This document shows positions 26,601-38,900 of a DNA stretch of 64,000 nt, one piece after another. Every line of letters starts with the position of its first letter. Position 1 is the first letter of the stretch. A program made the translations under genes and the position numbers. Source of the stretch: Bugula neritina (taxonomy: Eukaryota > Animalia > Bryozoa); contig OZ037765.1 of assembly GCA_964035545.1 (NCBI GenBank), positions 26,163,504-26,227,503 on the forward strand, in the 5' to 3' direction. The notes below the pieces were generated by a model. That model was not told the DNA's origin, did no database searches, and saw nothing but the letters and a program-made list of their open reading frames with translations.

Positions 26601-29600
26601 AAGCATTTGTTTGTTTTCAGTACATGAATTAGCATTAAGTATAGATGGCTACTATTAAAAAACAGCACTGAAAGCTACTAAATACCAAATTAAAAGGGCT
26701 AATTTCACAGTTTCTTGTTCAACCTAAAGTTCTGTTTTCTGCACTTGAAAATTGGTTAAAAAATTAGACTGGTTTGAATTCTTGTGAAAGTCGAAAAATT
26801 TCTTTTGCCAAACAGCTTGAGGAATGGTAACTAATTAGAGCACAGTAAATATACTGGTAAAAAACTAAACCAAGTAGTTCAATTATTGGCAAGTTTTCCT
26901 ATAAATATTTCCTAATATACTGGAAGTTCCACTTTGTAGCATCTTTTTTGTCAACACCAACGTGGTGTATAATAGTTATAGCAACTGCAAATGGTTTAGT
27001 TACTATTATTACTACTACCAGCTTGCTGATCAATTTAGACCCTTGAAGTTGTTTACTCAAATGTTCCAGATTAGAATCTCATTAGCAAAGAGTATAACAA
27101 TGCAGTATAATATAGCTATGAAACCTTATCATTACCATGAACAATTGTCTCAAGTTTTATTAGTTTGTCCTGATAACCAGTTTATTAATATAATACAACT
27201 GGTATTATTAATGAAAGCAAAATGATTAGGGTGTTTAGCCTAGCTTGAATCAGTGAATATGTAGAATGTATGTGATTCTAGCAGGAAACTTTTATACGAA
27301 AGTATAGCCCTAAATCTGTACTATATGTTATGAAGCTGCTTTCTACTGCCCATCTACTAAGCTGTCTAGCAAGTCGGGTTAGTTTCTAATATGCTATCCA
27401 CAGTTTGTTAATGGTGGGAGTCTACATGACATCTTGTGTGAAGATCAAAGCACTGAGGTCTTGTGGACAGATAGAGTACAGATAGCCATTGATGTCTCCG
27501 CTGGCATGGAGTATTTGCATTCAAAGGGAGTGTTTCACAGAGATCTCACTTCAAGGGTATGCATGCTGGATGCTTGCAATTGTTGCAAGCTAGTGTACAT
27601 ATTTACATATTACATTTCTTTGCTGCACTGTTAATATTAAACCATCAACACTTGCATTGGGTTGGATATTTTAACTACATGTTTATGCATGTGATATTTA
27701 ATATGACGAAGTAAGGTGCAAAGGCCAGCATTTGCTGCACCTACTTTAATTCATGCAAGCATTATGTAATTGATCGAGGTAATTACAACCAGCATGCTGT
27801 GTTATTTGAACTATTTTTTATTTGAATAAATGCCAACAGTGCTATAGAATTTTTGTCCTATTTAGTTGCTTTTGAGAATTTAATTTCATAGTTCATGTAG
27901 CACTTAATATAGTATCTCATTCACATCCCATGGCTTTTGCCTGTTTGTGTGAAGATTTCACGTCATACTAAATGTCAGAACATTGTAATTTACAATAAAA
28001 GCCATTAAAAGTGATGTCAACAGTCATTAGGATCTTTCCAGATAATAAATCTTCCTACGCATTGCTGGCATATAGCTCATTTGAAAAGGAAAAAATTTCT
28101 AACTTTTATTTATGTATTTTTGAATGATTTTACATCAATGCTATGTCAACTTCCTTCTAGAACATACTAATAAACAATCTGTCGAGTGGAAAAAAGAGAG
28201 GTATCGTGGCTGATTTTGGTCTTGCTGCAAAGATACCGGATCCTCAAAAAAAGTTTCATCTCTCCGTGGTTGGCAGTCCCTACTGGATAGCTCCAGAGTG
28301 TATAAAGGGGAAACCTTATAATCAGACGGTAAATTTATAGTTTAATAATTATCTATACATTGAGTCTTGTTTGCTAATTGTACACTATTCAATGCATTAA
28401 TAATGCTTAGTGCATTCATAATGCTTATAAATAGGCTCAAGTACATTATTAGTATTGTTTATGTCACCATCTTTTAGATTTAGAGATTTAGGGTTTGGCT
28501 GTCGTAATTATTTTATTCATAATAGTTTTTAGTTCATTTATTCAAGTGGGAGTTTATAACACAGTTTGGATCATTTGAATCATAAACTCTATCCTAAAAC
28601 TTGTTATGCTAGGAATATATTGGTTTGACTGATGACAGCATTACTAATACTAACACCAGCATTCTTTAGACTGTGTGAAGATATGCTTGTGAGAATTTGC
28701 AATAGAAAAATGTAAACTTGTCACGTTTTGATGGATCGATTATTTTTCTAATTCTTTTATCAACTTATCTTACTTAAAATATTATATACACTTGGTAATT
28801 GTATACCAGCTATATTTTGAGCAAATGTCTTTTATCTGTATTGAAAAATTCAATGTTGGATTCCTTTACTATGAATTCATGTTTTATTTATGTCATATTC
28901 ATGTTGTAACATGTTTTATACAGGCTGACGTGTTCTCCTTTGGTATTATACTATGTGAAACAATAGCTAGAACAGATGCTGATCCAGATCTGCTTCCACG
29001 CACTCATGTAAGAGTTTCAGTGATGTATTACTACATTGCCCAATTAAACTAGCTTCTAAAATTTTTAAAGAAATTGTAAAGAGATTTGGTGAATACCATG
29101 TTTTTTTTGGTACACAACAGGTTATTTTGGATTGTAGTATACAAAAATATAGGATTCAGATGCTAAAAGTTTTACATTGATTTAATGAGATAATATAAAA
29201 AACCTGGTGCCAGTAAAAGTTGAAATTATTGCAACCAAAGTTGGAATATTATAAAATATCTATATGAAGTATGAAGATGGTAATTTTTGGATTGTTTAGT
29301 TGTAGTTGGTGCATCTTATTTCTTTAAAATGTTAATTTTATTATCAAATTACAGCACTAACTGAAGCACAAGGTTTTAAGAATTCTCTCCAATTTATTGA
29401 AAGAAAATTTATTCAAATCTTAAAAGTTGTTTCAGTACTAACAGTTTTTATTTTCAAAGTTATTGCGTTGGGATTTTGTTCATAATCAAGTATGTAAGTA
29501 AACCTAATAAATGGTCAAATAAAAATAAAAGATATATTGAAATGATTTGCATACTATGATGACATCCATTTTAATAAAATCCCTAAGCATTAAAGGTAAT

Positions 29601-31992
29601 ATAGGATGTGCATTGAAGGATGTAAAGTTTTTGTGCTTTTCATTGTAGTTTGAGGAATAAGAAAATCAAAAGCTCTCCATTTCATTCTTTCATGTGCTTG
29701 TTTTAGAGTTTTGGGTTGGACTATGTGGCTTACAGTGAGCTTTTAGACAACTGCCCTTTGTATTTCTTATATTGTGCTTTCCAGTGCTGTCAGGTAAACA
29801 CTTGTTGCTGATTTTCTGCCTCCTATTATGGATATTAATTTGTATTTTGCACTGTGAACTGTATAGGCCAAATTTGTAGTGTATTAACTGGTGCCTTCAC
29901 AGCTGCAGTTAAAGTGCAATGCTATTATTTTAAAATACTAGTGTTGCTATGATTGATGGACACTAGTTGTTTGGTTACTATTTTGTAATTTCTTTTTTAT
30001 GATGAAACTGATGAGTTTTCACTCGCTTTCCTTTCATCCCATCAATCAATTTGACATTGAACTGCATTTTTCATTGAGTACAGTCATAATTTATTTGCTT
30101 GCAAAACCAATAGCATATTATTGCTGTTAGACAAATTATTGTAAACAGCAAAAAGTTTGCTAAATCATCATTAAAGTGTGGTGAGTTTCGGTTGAACAGT
30201 AAAATGACATGCCAGGATGATTGGAACATTCTCCAAAGTCTAAACTAAAAAGCATCAATAGTTTAAATCAGGTCATCTAGTGGGTGTAAATATTATTGCA
30301 GGCTACATCGCAGATAGTTTGACTTTTGTTCATATAGCTGTGGACAACAAAAGTTTTTTTTTTGAAGTTGTATTCTTTGATGCAATATAATGCTTTAGTA
30401 AAGCTAGTAATTGTTTGTAATAGACGGTGAATGTATATAGAAAATGGTTAAATATAAACATCATTTAGTTCTACGTACCTTGTTCAGTTTTTCTGATGTA
30501 TGAAGCACGGTTAGCAATAGTATTAAAAACTGAAATACATGCATGGTTGTACTTGGACGACATCCTTTTAAAGTCATGCCATTATTACTTATTACTTATT
30601 AGTTACAAGGTTTTGGCTTTTTAGATGGAACCAAATAAGCGACCAACATTTTCAGAATTAAACTCAAATTTATTGACTATCAGCTCAAGTTATTTAGCAC
30701 AGTTTGACAAAACTCCATCTACTATTGGTTCAAGTATGTCCACAACTCCCACATTGCAAAGCTCAATATCAGTCATGAAGTTTAATCAAAGATTATCAAG
30801 TGAGTAAGAGTACTGAGTCATTCACTGCAAAAATATTGTGGGACACACCTTCTATATTTTTGTTAAATTGCTATGGTTATCACTAATTTGAAAGTTGATT
30901 GTAGTATAATTTTGGCATACCATCCATTTTTTAGTTTATGTGTAAAGAAATCAAACAGATAGTAAACATATTTTGAAACTCATAGTTTTAAAAGTCTTAA
31001 ACTTACACATTGTATACATCTCGTACACAATGTAGACACATACATATGTATACACAATATATGAAAAGTCTCTTTGAAAGCATATTTAAAAAAATATTGT
31101 TACACTTTTAGAAGCTCAAAAGAGCTTCTCAGAGCAATCACTGGAATTTCTTAAACCAATGGAAATGAAGTGTGAAATGCCCACACCTAAAGCTATTGGT
31201 GACTACATGACTAAAGCTGACCTCCTGTATGAGCCTAGCCCAACTCACACTAATCCATTTGCTGCCAACTCCCAGTTTTCTGCCGGGAAGAAACTTATTG
31301 CTTCTGACACTGAACGGCAGCAACTGTTGGAACTATCAGTCACTTTGCCAGTAAGTAGTACAGGAAACAGTCAAAGTAAGGCTGCTACACCTAGGCAGCT
31401 CACAGTCCTCTGTCATAGACACAGTCTTCCTAACCACCACGGCAAAGTACAAAGAGCTATTGCACAATTCAATGCACAAATTGCTTCAAGTCAATTTTCC
31501 AGACAGGCTGAACATGTGTCTACGATGGACAATCGGTTTGCTTCTGGAAACAGTTCTATGGAGAGTAGTTTGAGTAGTCACGACTTTGCTCGTCACAGTA
31601 ATAAACAGAGGAACCTGGAATGTGCTATGTTGTTCTCTGGTTTAGATTTGATCCAAATACACAGGGCCAGCTCTTCAGAGTTGAGTGATACATACATATC
31701 TACTGATCTTGAGTCAGAGTTTCAAGATGACTTGGAGGATGTTTTGCGTGAATCAAAGTTGAGTTCCGAGGATGTGATGATGTCATCAGAGACTGACTCA
31801 GTGTTTAGTGACTCGAGTTCTGATTGGTGGTTCAGCATAGAGCAGTCTGACCCATTAGCTTGTAGGTATCTTCACCCTATGTTGGTAGAAAAAAGAAAAC
31901 AACTCAAAAGAGTTGAAAAACTTGAACAATTACAAATAAAACTTGATCAGTTGAAATTGAGCACCAAAAAATCAAAACCATCAAAAAAATAA
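23601..31992 (+). CDS. TESK: TESK / center divider (LISK family) cofilin kinase
   Basis: Exons 23601-23825, 24253-24374, 26469-26517, 27404-27556, 28161-28328, 28924-29007, 29707-29793, 30625-30799, 31112-31992. Motifs [74 protein letters not shown]. No LIM or PDZ domains, so TESK rather than LIMK. Confidence 0.93.
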
Positions 31993-33744
31993 CTGTGCTT
32001 CTATGCATCTCAGCTACTGTCATTATTGTCTAATTTGTTTTCCCTTGTATATAGACACCCTTACATGAGGAGTTTAATCTGTACATGTATTATTTAAATG
32101 ACAATTTATGGTTGATTTGATGTTTTGAGCAAAGAGCTTATCTTAAACCTTCCCCCCCCCCCCACACAAACATACTCATTTACTCATAAACATGTATATT
32201 CCTGTATATCATATATATGTAGGTTTTTTGTCCATGGTTTTTGAAACTCAACTGTGATGCAATTTGAATCCATGTCTATAATGTCTGCACATATTCTAAA
32301 ACTTTTATTTTATAGTATTATTGTTTTATGAGCTTTTTATATACCATATACAATGTTTTGTGCTCAATTTCTACTGCTTGTACAGGAATCCTCATATTTA
32401 TATTTTATTATACTATGCAATATCATGATATGTACATATATATTACATAATGAACATGTTTTACTGAAAATACAATAATCATTGCTTATATCTAGTGTAT
32501 TTATTGTTGCATATCTGTTATGATCTAAACTCTGTAGCTGATCATCTGCAGACAGAATGTAAGTTGTCAATTTATTGCTCAGTTACCAAAACTGAATTTA
32601 AATGACTTAAAAATGTGATATAATCTTTAAATTGCATTTCTATTTTGAGCTAATTTACAGTTACTGTCTCCACAATATTATTATAACATTTCTGTGAGCA
32701 CCAAGTAGTTATACACTTGTAGACTGATAACATTGAGCCAAGTACTAGATTTTTTATATGATAAAGCATCCTGTAATGGCTATACAAGATATAATAATAT
32801 TAATTTTATAATATAATTTATTAAGCTTTGAACTTTTAAGTCATACTGTTTTTAAAACATTCAAAATGGCACATTTTAGTAATTAGGCAATTGTTATAAA
32901 TATTTAATGATAGAAAAACAATATAGGCTACTGTCTCTAGACGATTTATATCTTCTTGATAGCGTGTGCATGAAAGGATATAATATTTTGATGATAGCAA
33001 ATCTAAATGCTAAACAAAAATATGTATTTTTCACACTTTCGTTAGTTATTGTAAAACATATGACTAGATAATTCAAGTATTACTTATTTTAAAAGTATAT
33101 ATTGTGAAAATAGCATAGCACTACATTTTATATTAAATTATACCCTGACCTGTGGCGAATTTATCCAGCCCTTATATATACAAGCTATTGTTTTAACCCT
33201 TATATGCAGTCTTTATCCTGTTCGAATACTTATGTACCAGGAATATTTTATAGGCTCTTTAGCACTAGCAGACAATAAGTACATAATTTGGGTTTATTCC
33301 TTATTGACTTTATTTTGTACTCTAAAAGGAATTAGCACATATAAATTAAATATTTATACAAAGCAAGTACAAAAACAAAAAACACTTGCATACATATTTA
33401 TAAATGTATACAATCATAGACCCAAATTTTCACAAGTCGAAATATATCTATTCATGCTACAAATAGTACCTTTCTATACATAAGTTTCATTACATTTACA
33501 ACATAATATTATAAGCATAGTAATAAAATATTATTTCTATCTAATATTGAGTTAAATTTCATCTACTTTGATAGAAAGCAATTTAATTTCTTTCAAGAGA
33601 TCTTCACTAATAATGTTATGTAAATAATAACAACCGAATAATAAAAACATCTATCTGAAAAATATGGTTCTTCAGATATATTATTATTATGTTGAGTGTA
33701 TGACTCGTAGCTTATAAAGAGTTGTCTTCCTTTGCCTATGAATG

Positions 33745-33830
33745 ACCTGCGGCCAATAGGAAACGATAGTTTTTACCACTGCAGCGGTAGATTTGAACAT
33801 ACTCATTCAGACGTTGAATTCAACTGGATC
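33745..33830 (+). promoter_or_regulatory. Separase core promoter: CCAAT box plus CDE/CHR tandem
   Basis: GGCCAATAG at 33751-33759, then AGCGG-taga-TTTGAA at 33783-33797 (4-nt spacer, as in canonical CDE/CHR). A candidate donor follows at ~33899. Confidence 0.55.
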
Positions 33831-33989
33831 AGCTGTCTGGAACTGATCATTCATTTCGTTTGTAATAAGTCAGACACATCATTCTTGTTTTGTGTGAAGT
33901 AATTGCATTTTTTCTGCTTTTGTAAATTACGAAAACAGAAAACTTCTGGCATTTTTCATTAACTTAAAATTTCTATTAATTAGTAAAAC

Positions 33990-35560
33990 TAATCGCTTAT
34001 ACTTATACTTATACTTATAGTTATAGTATTAGTTGTAGTTAAACTTAATGTTATACTAATACTCATACTGTAATAGTAATACTAATAGTAATAGTAATAC
34101 TGTTACTCTTACAGTTACTGTTAGTGTTAGTGTTACACTTACTGTTAGTGTTTGTGTTATAGTTATTTACTTTTACTTGTAAGTATTACTATTACTATTA
34201 CTATTAGTATTTCTATTAATATTACTATTACTATTACTATTAGTATTAGTATTACTATTAGTAGAAGTATTACTCTACTGTTAGGGTTAGTGTTACACTT
34301 ACTCTTACTCTTAGACCTTAGTCCTAACTTAGTCTAAGTCTTACTCTTACTCTTAGTCTTAGTTTTACTGACTTAGTCTTGGGTCTTTATGTTACAGTTT
34401 CACTTAATCAGTATAAATATAACTATCACAGTGACAGTTTGACTCACTATTCACTATCAGTATGAGTATAATTTCTTTTGCTACATTTTTAATCTAGAAC
34501 ACAGGCTTTTCTCAATTTCTCCATTATATTTATTGCTCCTACCTCACCATTACTATTAGTATTAGTCAGTCTTATTATTACTGTATCAGTATTAGTATTA
34601 CTGTTGTCTGTTAGTATGAGTATCATCAGTATTGGTAAGACTATGACTTTGACTATGAGTATGGCTTGATAATATCACTATGAGTATGATGATCACCATG
34701 AGACCACTATTGAGTGTGTGTATCAGTATGACTAAGAGTAGGTGAGTATTTCAGTATGAGTATGGGTATCAGTATGACTAAGAGTAAGTTAGTATTTCAG
34801 TATGGGCATCACTTATCAGTAAGACTAAGAGTATGAGTGTGTCTTATGAATAGAAGTATGGCTATGAGTATAACATTGACTGAGTATCACTATGACTATC
34901 ATAATGATAACCATACCGATAGTGACACTTCTACAGCATGCTGATACTCGTAGTCATAGTGATAGTCATAAAGTGATTAGATCAGAGGATGTCCAGCATT
35001 TTTGGGGCGAAGCCACTGAAATGGAATATTCCGGTGTAAGGGCCACATTGTAAACTTTAGCTTGAGCTGGGGGCCACAACATCAGCATTTTCAAATTACT
35101 TTATATTCTAAATTCTCATGAATCATTACACAATGAAGTACCAATAACTATTGCAGGCTGCATGTTTTGTTGCATTTATATAAATAAGGCATTAAAAAGG
35201 TGTTTTTCCACTGTAATTCACATATGTGTGCAAAATGATTTTATTTGTTATGCCTTTGAGAGCCACACAAATTTAGGCTGGGGGCCACATTCAGCCCTGG
35301 GTCTGCATGTTGGATAGCCCTGGATTAGATGACAGTCAGTGTCACACTCATAAGTGATGGCTAGTAAGTGACTATCAGTATGATTTTGACTATGAATTGT
35401 AGTCCTACCCATAGTCATACTGATAGTCACTATTACTAACTCTAAGTATGATTATTAGTATTACTATGACTATCACTGTGTGTATGTGGTATCTCTATTA
35501 GTATTAGTATCACTATGAGTATGGACTCGAAGTAACAATAAGTATAACACCAAAGTCCAA
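33990..35560. repeat. Long degenerate 3/6-periodic tract in the separase 5'UTR intron, interrupted by a MITE
   Basis: Continuous act/agt + nwt hexamers whose unit changes along the tract (ACTTAT, AGTAAT, ACTGTT, ATTACT, ACTCTT, AGTATG, ACTATC). Confidence 0.9.
34983..35322. mobile_element. Non-autonomous hAT-type DNA transposon (MITE), 340 bp
   Basis: Perfect 8-bp target site duplication GATTAGAT (34975-34982 and 35323-35330), imperfect TIRs CAGAGGATGTCCAGCAT / ATGTTGGATAGCCCTG, and repeated subterminal GGGCCACA motifs typical of hAT MITEs. Confidence 0.88.
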
Positions 35561-35947
35561 AGGCAAATCGAAAGTAATCAAATGTGCTAAAAAAATTTCT
35601 ATGCATGTGACAAAGTTATTATTGTAATTGTATGTCGTCTAAATTTTGAAAAGACTCTTTTGCGTTGTTACCAGTTGCTCTCAATGCAGTACTTATTCAA
35701 TGACTAGGATACATTGCTGTAGTTTGTAGTCAAACAAGCTGTTTAACAAATTTGTCAAGTTTCTTCATTCATACCTTATATGTGCTGCCATAAACATGAA
35801 ACTGATGGAATAGCCAAAGTTTTTATTTCTAATATTCAAAGAAAATTACAAATACCTGTGTGAAATATAATTTGAATACATGTAGAATTTTTTACAATAT
35901 TTTAATGATTTAGCTTTTCTAATCTGATGTTTTAAGTATTAACCAGC

Positions 35948-38900
35948 ATGGACCAGTCTCTCATATCTAAGTTGAAAGCTGAGAGCCCTGATGAAGACTG
36001 GACAACTCTTCGCGACTATCTAAAAGTAAGTCTAGTTTTGTATCAATAATGCTCTATCGTAACTTTGCAATACTGTGTAATAGTTTGATTAAAGGTATGA
36101 CCGGTATTTTTTCTTGTTTTGTTTTTAGGAGGTGCCTGTCAAGGGAAACTTGAAGAGTATTTGCCTAATTCTACAAAAGCTCAACTCTATTTATGATGAA
36201 ATTTCTAATCCTAAAGTTCATGCTGATTTGCTATTGAAAATCTGCTGTGATTTGTTACTTCGGAATGCTTGCTGGTGTAGTATGGAATTGAAACTCAAGT
36301 TATGCACGGCAAAAATTCTCTCCCATCTCTCAGTGAAAGTTTTAAACAAGGTAAATATACATGGCCGCTTTGGTACATTTTAGGATTGGCTGTTTAATGA
36401 ATAACAGTGCTTGTGAGCTTTGTGTGCATATTCACTTTTATATTTTATCTACCAAAATAAAAATTGTTCATCAGTTCGTTTCAAATAATATATAATTGGT
36501 TTAAAACTGTACTTAAACTCTTGTTAGAGCACTAAAACACCTGATCAATTATATGAGTACCCATGGCACGTTTGTTTCTTTTTGCTTTATTGGCTTAGAA
36601 TACAAAAGGCAGTGAAACAGTTCAGCTTTTGTTAACGAATTCATTACCTGATTGCATTTTAACAATTGCTTATGTCGTCACTACTCTAAATTTTTACGGA
36701 ACAATTGAAAAGCATGACTCAGTGTTGAATACGCGTGTAACCAACACTTACAAATAATTAGAGTTTATTTTTTCCAGGGAGCTCATGCTGTGTGCATGAG
36801 TTTGTGTGAGCTGTTGATTGAACTTGTACTAGACCCATGCTTGAATGACTTGCCACAAGATAGGCTCAACATTGTCGGCTACGTCTATAAAAGCCTGTGG
36901 AACTGGCATATCACTCCTCGCCAAGAGACTTTATCACACGATACAGAGTTTGTAGGACGGGTTATGGCGTTGAGGCTAGCAATCTGTGGTCCTTTGGAAC
37001 ACCAATTGGCTAAGCTGCCTCATCAAATTTATGTTACGGTTGCTGCCGGCGCAGAAGCCAGCTCCAGCAAAGAAATCATGAAAGGCTTCTCAGATTTAAA
37101 AAGGACTGCTGATGCAACTATAGCTCGGGGAGATGCAGCCTCTAAATGGAAATATCTTTCTCTCTTTATTGGCTGCTTAGAAGCTCTTTTCACCAATAAG
37201 CATTGTGGAAAGTTAGAGGTATATCTGTTACTAAATCAATCTAAAATTAAATATATTCTTTGCGTCATTATTGAAAATGTCCATAGATGCAAAACACCTA
37301 TATAACTGTATTGTTGTTTATAGGCACCTCCTGGAATTGAAGAACATGTTGAAGTGTGTCAACAGCTAGTCAAAAGTTATCACTGTGTGAAATCTAACTG
37401 CGATGTGGTACCATCAGTATCAGACTGCGTCAGTCAACTTGTAGCCGCCTGCAGGCAGCCAGTGGAGCTCCAGTGCATATCTCTCATACTGTACAGGTGT
37501 ACTAAACTCATTAGAGACAAATTAAACTCATCAACACAATCCTTGGTCTCATGGAAAGATCTGCTAATTGCGGATATTCTTGTAAACAGGTAAATTCGAG
37601 TTTTTAGTTACTTTTATTATAATTTAGTTTTAGTGTTTGTAATTTAACTTGACAATAGTGACAAAGTTTTCAATTTTTGCATATAAAATGACAAAATATG
37701 TCATATTTTTTTAATATTTTTAAATTCAAAAAGTATGTGTTTTTGTTAGAGAACTGATTTTTAATGAAGAGATTCTCTAACAAATTTGTTAGGATTTGGC
37801 ATGAGCACAGTATATTAATGTTAAAATGGTATTTCCTAATTTCAAGGAAGTTGGTTGGATTTGAGAACAAAGTAGCTGGTGGGGAGCAGTGCTTGTCTAA
37901 GGAGCTGTTTGGGCTCATCACATTGCTCAGAGTTACGTGCAATTTGCTGACTTCTTCGCTATGCACGGCAGCAGAAGTTCTGTCAGCTGACACTAGACTT
38001 ATCGCTTCTATGGACAAAGGAAAACACAAATATGATGACCAGCAAGTTAATGATATCAGTGAGTAGAAAAGCTGACATGCATTACTGAAATGTATATTTT
38101 CTTAAATTTTATTAAAGGTTATAATATTATTAGAAAATAAAAATAGCTAAATAAAGAAGGAAATAGAGATAAAAATGTTCACACCATTGCTTTGGTAGCC
38201 ACTAATGTAGCTGGAATTCTTAGCACAGTATTGTACAGTGAAGCCAGCAGCAATCTTAGCGCAGCCCTACACAAGTTTGGCTCGTTTTATTCAAAGTTTT
38301 GTCCCAAGTTTTTCTTAATAAAAGGTTTAGTTTTAAAATGCTTTAAAACTAGTTGATAACAGAAAGCACATTATTTGAATATTTAGTCACTTCCAATCAA
38401 TGTTCCTAGGCAATGGCTAAATACATGCTGAATAACTTGACTCGCCAAAACTATTGGCCGAATTCTAAAGCTGCTTGACCATGACTATTTCCTCATTTTT
38501 AATGAGTTCAATTTCTGAACTTGTAAATGGCTAGTTGCGAACAGTTGTCATAAAATATTTGATGTCTGTGGGGAACTGGATAGTAAGCTTTAACTTGTTA
38601 CACTTGAAGGGTTTTTCACCAATCATAGCATAGTCTCAGTGAAATGTTATACGTTTAACTTGGTTTTACTCCATCTTGATTTCTAGTCACCGATGTTGGA
38701 AGGATTATTTACACGATGAGTCAGACTGAAGGCCTTAGTAAAGGAGATATACGAGCTGTGCAAGAGTTTGGAGTTGCTACGTTTGCTTTAGTCACAACTA
38801 AACACTTGGTTTGTCTTATGAATTGATTTCTCGGTTTCATTCTAAACTACCCCGAGTTGCATGTTTATGTGTTGTGAAGTAGCTGTAAGGACGATTGTTG

